Part shown: piece after piece, positions 35,102 to 47,207 of the stretch
Layout: every line of letters starts with the position of its first letter
Numbering within the stretch: the first letter of the stretch is position 1
Assembly (NCBI GenBank): GCA_030141605.1
Contig: JAQGDQ010000236.1
Coordinates: 248,001 to 312,000 of the forward strand
Origin: Tubiluchus corallicola
Lineage: Eukaryota > Animalia > Priapulida
Length of the DNA: 64,000 nt
Direction: 5' to 3'
The notes under the pieces: model-generated
What the model was told of the DNA's origin: nothing
The model's database searches: none
What the model saw: the letters and a program-made list of their open reading frames with translations, nothing else
Made by a program: the position numbers and the translations under genes

Positions 35102-38100
35102 TCATTGCCACACAGCAGCATAGTTCCCCGATAATCCGGCAGGAAGCGGTCCCCCAGCAGTGAAGAGTCTGGTACCGCTCTCATCGTAGCAGTGAGCATA
35201 GATAGCGTTGCGCTGAATTTCATTAGCAAACAGTTCTAGGAAGATTTCATCACGTTCCTAAGAAAAACATTAAAAGCACTTCAAACAGTGTGCCAAAAAT
35301 GTTTCACATTCTAACTGGAAGGCACCAGTTATGTAGAATGTACATGCATCTAATATCTGATACTTCTGGTACTTTAGTGCCCCACATTACAGGATTTTTA
35401 CAATGTTAACTTCCAGTCCTGCCACAACTTGCCGCTGAGTGCTGCAAACTGGTATGCAGCATGCCGAGCTACATGGAAAATGCATAGGCATTGACACACA
35501 TATGCGCACAAGAAATGTAGGGACTATGAAATAGACGGGGAGGGAGGGGGGAAGAGTGAGAGAAGCAAAAGGAAAATAAAGAACGAAAATAATGATATAG
35601 GCGTGCTATATTATCTTAGATGCGGCAAGTAACACAGCACATAACACATCGCGCAGATGCTCTTCGCTAGAATCATTATGAAATTTCACTAAAATCTTAC
35701 CAAGTATCCCTGCCCAGCAACAAGAGCACAGAGCTTTGAATAAGGACACTGGCATTCCAGAAACTTGTTGCACCGTATGTCGTAAAATAACACATGCCCA
35801 TTGCCTGTGCCAATTGTCAAGATACTATCCCTAAAACTGACAGATCTGATGCCTAGAAAACATTGAAATGCCACCTCAAAACAAATGCAAAATAATGAAG
35901 ACATTATTTCTTAACAGTCTCTTAACAAATAAAAAAGTTAGGCAGCCACATACGTATTTAACAGGAATTCCCATTTATTTGCAGAACCATTTTCATTTAA
36001 AGGATCTACATTTAAAATAGAAAGTTTGCACAAAAATTTAAGCATCAAGTGTTATCATCATTTACGGATGATAGAAATGTTGTTTGCAAATATTAAGCTT
36101 GTCATACACAGATTCCATCGTAAACAGTATGGCATTTTTGCAACATAATAAATTAAAAATAAGCACATAATGTTAAACCACATTTCCATAAAAAATTTCT
36201 TAATGAGACTGATGTTTCTTAAGACAACAAATGTATTGCAAACTCACCGCAACCACGAAAAGGCGACACCAGATAGTTTGCCATGTCAAGCGTTCGTGTG
36301 TCTATAAAACTAACATGTGATTTGGAACCCACAGCATAAAACTTGTACTGTTCTTGAATTGTCAAGCAGACATTTTCCAAACAGTACATTAACTTTTTAT
36401 GGTATTTCTGTAAAAATGCAAGACTTTTGTTAGTTAAAATTGAATGAATGAACACAGAGTAAAATTCTGATTTGTAATAAAAATATGGAGTAAGCAAAGC
36501 TGTGAACACTAAGCCAATCAAAAACAGAAAATCCAAAATGCAGAAATAACACAGTTGTAGAAATGTATGTGAATTTCTTAATAAGTACTTACCTGTTTTA
36601 GTGTCTGTGCATCAAAAAGGTGCATGTATGCACTGAGTGAAAGAACAGATATCTCCTGCAATGAGCAAAATTAAATATTAATGTTACTTGACTTTTCTAT
36701 GACTGTGAAACTTATAAAAACGACGTCTTAAACCTTCCCAAGGTAATAAAAGTGATTCATCATTTTAGGTAGTTCTGGTCTGCTGCCACACGTCAAGTAT
36801 CCATGTTGTTTAAGTTGACTATTTAACAAGTATTTCTTCAGAACATCTAGATACATGAACAGCCATGTTCATCTTGGTTTCTTCACAGGTATTAGTGAAT
36901 GATGTTATAGTGTAGTATGTGGAGAATCTTGTGGTAATCTGATGACATGTCAAATTCATCTAAGCCGATGCTTTTGTAAATCTGTATAACACCACTTCAG
37001 TCATTATTTTTCGTGAAATTGTACAGATCCTGATTTGAAATTTGCTTTGGCAACAGCTTTTTACATAAAGGCCTTTGGAAAGTATCGATTTCATTTTTGA
37101 CTGTCCACAATACAGAATTACACAAGAATGCAGGTTCTACAAGTGATGACAAAATATGCAGTTTAGTTTCTGTAGTGAGATTCAGATTTTCAAAGATGTT
37201 TGTAAGCTTAGATTATGTAGTTGTGGCTATTTTCAGTGCCTAGTAAAATACCCGTATATTTACATTTCTTCCAAGAAGTATTACCAGTATGCTGTATCGT
37301 GTATTGTTTTGTTTTGGTGATCTTGTCTTGAACGTAGCTGAAAACCAGTTGCAATTCAAGGCAATATGGGCAATCCAGGCTGCCAATAACTCAAGATACC
37401 AATTTTTGCAATAATTTACCACACAAATGAAACACAATCAGATTTGTTTTTTAGGTTTTTAAGCTATAGAATCCATTCATGCACTGGACAATGGTCAGCT
37501 AATGGCTGCGAAATTATATCGCATTCATGCTGTTAAACTCTTCTAAAAATGAACGATTATGCTGAAATCCTGTTTACTAGAACTTCGGCTTATTAAGAAA
37601 AGCTTACAAACTAGTCATAGCAAAGAAAGTTTACGAAAACAACAATTTTTAATCAAGGTAAAGATATAATTTACGGATTTTTTCAAATGCAACACTATCT
37701 GGATTACCTGCATTTGACTATTGTAGGCCAGGGCTCGTATTTTCTCTGCTCTTTGTACTTTCTTGACTGTCAGAGGCCTGTAAATAGGATATTTTCCAAC
37801 TTTGGTCAAAGGAGTTGAACATGACACCACGTGGTCCTGAACTCTCCACAGTGCCAACCTGCTATCTCGAGCACCTGGTTAATTAACAGAAAAACAACAT
37901 GTAATCTAATGTAGTTGAACAATAAACTGCTTAGGTGAACATTAAAATGAATGAAAATGTTTAGAAAGGAACTTGGTGAACTTTATTAAAAACAGGTGCA
38001 GGAAAGATAAGAAAGAGTTTCAACTCAAAGGTCAAGAAAGGGGTACCTGAAGTAGGTTTCAGAAAAATTGCCTTAAAAATTATAATACGTTATAGCAATT

Positions 38101-41100
38101 TTATGCACGTGTATCACTCGCATTGAAAGGATTTTAGTTTGTTTTCGGTTTAAATCTCCTGCAATACTATTTCAATCGCGCCATTACATCACATCGTATA
38201 CGCACAATGTAACAGGGGAAGAAAAGGCAGTGTTAAATTATCTACCAAAAAACTTTCAGTGCAAATCTATATTACTTAGCATTTTGCTTACCTGCTGGAA
38301 AGATTTCTCGTTAAAAGAAATTTTGTTTGTTTTCATTTTAAATCTCCCGCAATATTGTTCCGAAGTCGCCATTACTTGACGTCACTGCGCAAACGTAAAT
38401 CGGAGAAGAAAAGCCAATGTTAAATTATGTTCCCAAAAAAACTTTCCGTGTTATATTACTTAGCTTTTGCTGGAAAGACTTACTTAACTAGAAATATTAA
38501 TTTAAAATGTTTGTGCCAATTGGAAAGTGTCGCTGGCTCATCTCCAGGGTGTACAACTCACTAACCAAAAAACATATTTTTAATCTTATTGACCAGACAC
38601 AATAATTTAAAATTTTACTTAGTTAGTGAGGTGTGCACTACAAATGCTCTGATTATTTTTTCTAACTTTACTTAGTGTTATCTAAACTTGTTTCAAATGA
38701 CTTATCATCAAAATGGCTGCATGTAACGGTCATCGCGGAAGTTCAAATTTACAAAATTTATACAACATTACTTCTGACACAAGCCCTGCATGCAAAAAAA
38801 GCAGTATTGTAAGTGGTACAAAATTTCAAGCTTTTTAAAATATCTGTTTAAGCTTTTAAGCTTTATATAAGTGGAGGGTTTTCTTGTGCTTTAAGGAAAC
38901 TTAGGAAAAGCTACAGTTTGATTATAACAAATGCCCACTGTACAGATTAATTAAACATTAATTAATAACCCAAATTAACTCAACTAACGAGCAATTAACT
39001 AAGTGGTAAGTGGTAAAGCACATTACACAGTCATTCTTTCATACAATGACAGTAACCAAAAGGATTGACAGTTAGCTTTAATGTTTCCCAGTAATGTTCG
39101 ATTAATGCCTCTGTCTGATGCAGCAGTGTCAGAACTACTCGAACTGCATTTAGTTTTGCATGAAGATGCAAATGTTCGGCGCAAGCAGCACTTCATGCCA
39201 CTGAGTTTACCACATATTTTGTCACCATAGATGATACAGACCACGTGAATGTGTAAGTATAAAGCACCATTATACCCTTACCTGAAACAAAAAACTCGTC
39301 ATCTAACCATATCATATCAAATATCCAATCAGTATGACCACTCTGAAATAAAAATTTACATTTGTTATTAAACAATTACAATGCACTAGCTGCTAATATA
39401 AAAACATATGCCAGCACGCATGATTTAGGCTGGGTCTACATATTTTGTTGCCCTAAACAGAATTAAAATACACTTGAAATGAAAAACTGATATTTTTAGC
39501 CGTAGCATGTTAGATCCACATCATCCATTCGTCTGGCATTACACAATACATACATGCTATCACATTTGACACGGAAAATTCATATAAAATAACATCACAC
39601 AACTGACAATGATCAACGAGTTTTGTAGTGCATACAATACAAGATCAGAAGATTAGCTGAGTGTGGTCATGCTGCAAACTTGACTTTGGGACTTAGACAT
39701 GTTGGGTCTAGTTAATAAATAAATAGGTGACCAATGTGAAAACCATTTTTAGAGATTTACCGTCAGTTTTTCTCACTGAGCAAAGATATACTGCATATAC
39801 ATTTGCCAGGCCTAAAACACTGTTGCCAGTTTATTGTTTTATCTCAGAAAATTATACTTGATAATATTTCATATCTATAATGTCGGATAAGTGAGTGTCA
39901 ATCTTGCTGCCAATGAGGTCACATTTATTTATTCTACGTATTAAAATTGAATGCTTATAAATACTACAGCTGCTGGCTCCTGTTTTATTCCTTAACTTGG
40001 CAGTGATTTGCACTTAACAAAATAATCACATCACAATGTCAACCATGAACAACTGACTGTACATCGAAAATACAGTAGTGAAAGAATGAGCAATCATACG
40101 GGTGTTAAATTAACAGAATGAAAATGAATAATGCAGGTTCGTGTAGCTGATACCAAATTCTACAAGCAAATTCATAGAATACATCTTTAGAGCATAAAAT
40201 TTCATTATTGTAAAATAAGCTACAGAAATTAGTGCACACACACATGCATTCCAGGCATGCTGCAAAAAAGTCTATGGAATGGCACCATGATCCAGTAACA
40301 GTAAGTCAGGAATGTGGAAATCATACGACATACGGGAACACTGAAACTATTTGTATTCAATACTGTTGTATGACAGGATTAACTGTACAATTACAAATAG
40401 ACTGTGAATGTTCAATGTAGCCAGTGGATTTTAGAGCCATCTGTAAAAAATGTTCCTCATATTTCGAACTCAGGACATTTTAATTTGGTCATCACAAATT
40501 CTGGACACAGCTTCAGTCACATTTGGCTTGATATAGGTTTTACATGTCAAATGTAGACCTGCGTTAACTCAAATGTAGATTTAGGTAATTCAAATGTGTC
40601 TTGGTAACCCAAATGTAGACTTTGGTAGTTCAAATGTGTTAACAATGGTTTTCAAAAAATCTTGAGCGCTTTTGGTAAGTCAAATGTAGACACATGTCAA
40701 GTAAAATGTGACATTGGTATCTCAAATGTGGATAGGTGGTAAAGTTTAAGGATGTTAAATTTAATCTTCTTTAATTTCAATTTAATAATTGCTCTTAAGC
40801 TAAAATAACAACGTTATAAGTTCACTAATATTCTGCAAACTTTACATACCATTAGAACTGTTAGAGAAAACAATACATTCTTAAAATAAACAATGTTTCT
40901 TGAGAGAAACTAATTCATTAATGCAATCCTTTCGCAAGTCAATATCATTCTGTCTTGTATGAATGCATCCTAACAGTTACCAGTGGTAATAATCTAAAAC
41001 AAATCCACTATCTATAATCACTAATCAGGTACTATGATTGAAACAGAAAAAACTGGAAAAATTGTTGAGCAAAAACACTAAGATTTCACCAGATGACAAA

Positions 41101-44100
41101 ATTTGTTTGCTTTACTGACCTCTCCAACGTACACTGGGTCAAATGTTGGTAATCTGTACACAGCTACAGCATTCGTGTGCTCTGCACCAGTAGCTAAAAA
41201 TGTTCGTGAGGGGTTAACGGCGATGCTATGTATTCCACAAGGAGAGTCGGGATCGATGTTCATTGGACTGCATTTTAGAATAGGTATCCCAGTTATTCTG
41301 CGAGTAAGAATGTCGATTACAAAAATCTGGAAAATGGGGAAAAAGATTTATAAATCCATCATAGTAAAATAAATAGAAATGCTAGAAATATCGCTTCCTT
41401 CCAATACTTGTATGTAGATATTACATTCGCTGAACTTATTAAAGCAAAACTGGACCCAATCTTAAACTACAGCTCAAAATAATGTAACATGTGAAAGAAT
41501 TATTACCACAGAAACCTAATTTCACGTTTGCGCAGCTAGTTCTTCACAGTTACTTGTATTTCGCATTCACTAGTTTAATGGGCATTAAAGCCTGTATTTC
41601 GGAAACGTCTTGCACACAAAATAGGTTGGTGTGATTCTCAGTTCATAGGTGTTCAGTTGTGATGTAGTGGACACATTCGAGAACTTAGATTGAGCACAGT
41701 AGTAAACTTAAAATTTGAATTTTAAACTAAACTGTGCTGAATTTTTTCATACTACACTGAATGTTGCCCAGTGCCATTATATTTCAATTTTCAAAATTTT
41801 CAATATTTTTGCAAACACATTTGTGCTGTTGAAAATTATGTGCAATTATCGTACCATCACTAATTGAACTTGCTGACCATTAATTAAGCTTTTAACCTAT
41901 TATTAAATTACCAGAAAAACTATGGCAATATTACAGGTGGTACAGTGCATACTTTAGTAGGGGTATGATATGAAAAATCATCCTGTTTTCCTTTAATATT
42001 ATTACTGGCATAATGTATGCACAGCTATTAGGGCATTTCCAATATTATACTTACAGAATTACATTTAGTCACGCAGACAACATGACGACTATCCAGCCAC
42101 TCGGCATCAAAAACTTTATTCACTTTTCCCAGTTTTATTTCTTCCTCATTCAACAAAACCGGGATCCACTGCGACACGTATGTGCCAACTGCTGCTTGTG
42201 GACGATACTTATCTGCTCCTAGCAACCGCATCCGTTGCAAATCACTATTAGAGTAAATAAAATTCAAGTAAGTATGCACTAAATTAACATTTACGAAAAG
42301 TAACAAACCCAGAAAAGAACGCCTGCAGTAAAGATAATACAATAATAGATAATAAGATATTATACATGGACAATTATACAACTGCCACTACAGGACCTAA
42401 CTGGTAATGGTCGGGTAATACAGACGTCACTATGAGACATGTCTAGAAAGGATCGTGAACTCACAGGATAAAGCTTCAAAAGTAGAAACATTTCAAAGGG
42501 GAGGACAGAACAGTGTGAAGCATCTTGTTGTCGAGAAGCAACTTCGATGATTGGACCATGTAATTAGGATTAGGTTCAGGCAAAATGTTCTACTGTGAAC
42601 TAGCAAAGACCTATCAAGGCACCAAAATTGAAGAACAGGGATCATTCAAAGAGCTGCCTGTAAATGTGTGGTTCTGGTCATGCAAAAGTTGAAATCCTGG
42701 CACCAGGCAGATCGCTATGATGATGTTTGGCAAGAGCAAAGGTGGAGCAATTTAAAGCTGAAGAAGTAGAAAAGATGGATGACAGACAATGCAGGCACAT
42801 CCACTAACATCATAAAAAGTTCCTCAGCAGTACTCTAAGTGGGCATGTCAACGTTGTCAGAGGACATGTGGATCTACAACTGGATGCTGTAGTCACCTAA
42901 GAAGTCATAGATAAGGGGAAGAAATGTCATTATCAGAAGTGATGGACAACTTAAAGCAAATAAGCAAAATGGCAATATAGACTAGAGATTAAACACAGGA
43001 TCAGTTTAACTAAAAAACTAGTAATGATAAGCATAGCAACAGTTTGCACTCCAGGTCAACATTAACACAATCATTTTGTTTAATTGTGTCGTTATTTGAG
43101 TTTACTTCAAACAATGACATTTGTATGATAATTTCTTGTCAGATCACAATTTTCATGAGGAACATGATGCTCAAGTTAAAACTGTCACTTTCTAGACTTT
43201 CATGCATGTAAACATTTTTTATATAATTCATCACAAAGTAAATAGAGGGCTCAGCAGTAGAGATGACTTATGTTGACATTCATACTGAGATTGGAACAGG
43301 GTATAATCAAGGATAACCATTTAAGATGAGTTAATGTACTGTCAGAAAAATGCAATTCTTCAGTCTCTATGAGCCACGAGCTGTAGATCTACAGAGAAAG
43401 TCTTACACATGATCATCCACACTCATTGAAGTATCCTGTTTGCTTATGCAGGAGGCACCGCTTAAAAGACTCACAATTAATGTACTCTATTCCTTAATTG
43501 ACTCAAAAACGCCTGGTATGGGCCGCTTCTATTCAAATGTAAATAAAAACTGTCGGTAATTGACTCAAATAACTTCGCATAATTGACTCAATATTTCACC
43601 TACTTAAAATAAGACATTTGTGTGTGCCCAAAGAGCCTTTCCTACTTTTATGTAATCATTGATTCGTTTTTGTGCACTATAATATATTTGGAAACAATCA
43701 CGTTAAGTACCGTTTTGTTTGTAAGCAGGTATGTTTATCATGCGCTAATATGCTAGCCTAGTGGTTATGCTTTGAATCTGTTACCCGTTCGTCCACTGCA
43801 AATAACCTCGTCACCCAAGAATTTCTGGCGGTTTCCTTTTGAAGCTCTCGTAGCAAATCAGTAAACATCAAACAGCAAATAGGAGCATAGAGTTAAGAAG
43901 TTTGAAAAATGGAGCATAAGCATAAAGATTTAACAGTTGAGAAGACTTTTTAATTTATTGCTAATTCACTTACATAAATTAGTATTTTAAAATATTTTTT
44001 AAATTTTTAACAAAGGAATTTAGGCATTACTTCGCTTCTAAAATTCATTAAAAATCTTTGCAGTGCATACTAAGCGGATGACGCATACTTCTACACCAGT

Positions 44101-44988
44101 AATATTACACCAGTCGGTTAATTGGGTCAAAACACTTCGGTCCCAAAGTGAGTCTATTAAGCGGTACCTACCGTATATACAAAAAATGTTACATAGCTTT
44201 AGCACATTTATGCTAGTAAACACATACGGAGCCTAGTCACTGGGGGGGGGGGGCAAGCCAGCCCAACTCAGTGCCGGTCCCAAGCCCGGATAAATACGGA
44301 GGGTTAGGGTTCAGGAAGGGCATCCGCCTGTGAAAACTGCGCCAAAACCTTCTATGAATGAGTCGGTGAGACTTAAAGGTAAAGTCCACAAAGAAGTGGT
44401 CAGACCCGCTCTAATCTATGGGCTGGAAGCAGCTTCTCTAAACAAGACCGAAGAGAAGAAAATGGGTGTGGTGGAGATGAGGATGTTGAGATGGATGGTG
44501 GAAATAACAAGAAGAGATAAAATTAGAAATAATAATATCAGAGGAACAGTAAAAGTAGTGGAAGCCTCGCAAGATTGCAATGGTATGGACACCTGAAAAG
44601 AAGAGTCAGTGAAGATCATGTGGGAAGGGAGGTCATGGAAATGGAAGAGCTGGGAAATAGAAGAAGAGGACGACCCAAGCAGAGATGGATTGAATGTATT
44701 AATGGAGACCTTAGAGAGAAGAACATAAATGAAGAGATGGTCAACAACAGGAATGCGTGGAGAAGACTCATTCACAACGGCGACCCCGCATAGGGAAAAG
44801 CTGGGAAGAAGAAGAAGAAACACTTACCCAAATAAACTGCTTTGCTCATCGGTTGGAAATCTAACTCTTCTGTCCTTCCAGCAACTTTCACAGCGTGAAC
44901 TGTAGCCAAACTGAGAAAGTTTGGATGCACGACTAGGATCAATAAACAAAGGACGACTACCAGGGCCCAATTGCATTATCCTCGGCAT
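35102..44988 (-). CDS. DCAF12: DDB1- and CUL4-associated factor 12 (WD40 substrate receptor); N-terminus uncertain
   Basis: Core exons 42055-42244, 41120-41326, 39282-39342, 37708-37874, 36593-36655, 36248-36407, 35701-35852, 35102-35257 are phase-consistent. They encode [74 protein letters not shown] and [32 protein letters not shown]. Candidate N-terminal exons: 43407-43435, about 43785-43868, 44089-44167 and 44828-44988 (lower confidence). Starting at ATG 43868 gives 422 aa. Confidence 0.9.
38029..38890. mobile_element. Kolobok-like element, copy C, with an internal duplication of about 190 bp
   Basis: Same family and orientation as copy B. Segment about 38135-38310 is repeated at about 38320-38480. 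Ends TTCTTGTGCT|TTAA. Confidence 0.7.
42400..42965 (+). mobile_element. Decayed RTE LINE 3' fragment
   Basis: Translates in pieces to CLERIV..QDK..VE..QR...KQLR*LDHVIR...FYCELA, then a C-terminal zinc-finger-like remnant and a 3' stem-loop (GTCATTATC...GATGGAC). Confidence 0.6.
44228..44817 (+). mobile_element. Non-autonomous, internally deleted RTE-clade LINE (5' UTR joined to ORF C-terminus and tail)
   Basis: RTE-type 5' UTR (AGGAAGGGCATCCG...AAAACTGCGCCAAA) joins directly to the RTE C-terminal peptides [37 protein letters not shown] and [10 protein letters not shown]. It ends GGCGACCCC...(GAA)n. TSD AAACACATAC (44218-44227) / AAACACTTAC (44818-44827). Confidence 0.9.
44230..44310 (+). ncRNA. 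Twister ribozyme (type P1-like) core, probably degenerate in this copy
   Basis: GCCGGTCCCAAGCCCGGATAAA-TACG-GAGGG (44273-44303) matches the P4/L4/L1 core of the rice Osa-1-4 twister as recalled. It is preceded by a P3 hairpin CACTG...CAGTG (44238-44273). The P2 5' strand reads CCTA instead of CGTA. Confidence 0.72.
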
Positions 44989-45355
44989 GACTAATACAGC
45001 ATTCTTCTACACACCATTCCAAAACACAAGTCAGCTATCCATAATCAGTACAGGTCTTATAGACATTAACGGATGAAGGTAATTGCAGTTACATGACGAA
45101 CATGAGTCGAGTCAAGGCAAGAGAGGCTCACGTAGAATCTGGCTTTTGAAAAACATTCTCCACATTTCTTGGTCAAGACAGATGCCTTTTGAAAATATAC
45201 AAAACAGCTGTGTTATCACCTCATTAGCAAATTAAATTTATAACTAATTTATACTAAATAAAGCAAATTATCTGCATTTAATTAATTTAAGGCAAATAGT
45301 GCAGTATTAATTTAGACAATTTTTCATTATGTATTATTATTCCTGTAACTTCTAA

Positions 45356-45389
<34 letters not shown>

Positions 45390-46757
45390 CTAATCAGATT
45401 TTGAATTCGCAAGCATAAGTCATGATCGAACTAATCATCAATGCAAGCCTTAACTGCATTTTTGTGAGAAAGCGACACAAGAGAGGATGCTCAATTGATA
45501 ATAGCAAAACTGAATTTAGAGAAAGGTTTGAAGTAGCAATTGGAAACACCTACTCTTCAATAGTAGCTATTAAAATGAATTTGCCTGAGACTATTACTGC
45601 TTGTCACCAGTATGACACATTTAAATATATGCTACCCAAGGCAAAACTTGCTACATGGGAATACAATAAGCAGCATACCAGCGTTTTGAAGTAACAGGGG
45701 TTCTCATAAATGTCAATGCTTTTTTTATGATTACGCATCAATTAAATTGCTTTATTTCAGTAAAGAAGTGACGTAATAAGCCTTCCAAAAGCTCTAACCA
45801 GAAAATGTACCCATTTCCGGGGTGCTGCTCCGAATCCATCGAAGAAACTTACGCCTCACAAGATTCACCCAAGCCACCTTAGATGTTACTTGAAACATCC
45901 TAAATAAATTTACTGTTACTATTGAACTTTCATCGTTGATCCTATTTTGCCCAACTTACATCTTAACAAGACTGTTAACAGGTTGTAGTTTCTTCACAAG
46001 TCTGTTTTTTGGAAACTTAAAGCCACCAAGGCCTAACCGAAAATAAAAGAAATTAAACTGAATAATTGAATTAAATTGAATATATCTTAAAACAATGAGT
46101 TCGGAAGAACAGCCTACTACTACGGTAGACCAAATAAAATTTCAAGTTTTAAATGCAAACTCGTCTAAATTTTCTGTTAATTGTTATACCATTGCACATT
46201 AAAAGATTATAATAATAATTATAGTAATAATAATAACAACAGCAATAATAATAGCAATAACAAACATTACCTGTTTCAAATTACAAATTTATAACTTATT
46301 ATCGAACTTTGAACTTGTAAAATATTTTGTGAAGTCTATCTCATTAGTTAACTTGCTACCTGAAATCGAAGCCGCAAAAACGATAATGTTGTAGTAACTT
46401 TTCAATTTCGGCTGATTTTGTTTTTACACCCACCGTGTCCAGTGTGTCGAGCAGACTGCACTGAAAGTATGAAAATTGTTTATTATAATTACTTAATATA
46501 TAGTCAAACTAGAAAATTATTTTAAAACAGAAAGTTTAATAAAGATATTGGAACATATAACTGTTGAAGATAATTATGTTAACATTTCCAGTTTTATGAT
46601 AAAGCCGTTTGTAACACTGCCACTATAAAAGCTGTAAATTTGATGTGGATTTATTGTAATCACTAATAATTAGGTTTAATTGACATTACAATTTGTAATG
46701 ATTATTATCTTGTCTTTAGGCTTCCATTAGATGTAATGTAAGATATCAGCTTTATTT

Positions 46758-47066
<309 letters not shown>

Positions 47067-47207
47067 ATTCTTTATTGCTAAAAAGCTACATACAATACAA
47101 ACATAAAGTTGATTCCAATTTACATTTACAGATTGGATGGTCTAGATGGGATATCATTAGGCTGTTTAAATTTCATATATATCTTTTGAACTTGTTTGAG
47201 AGTTTTT

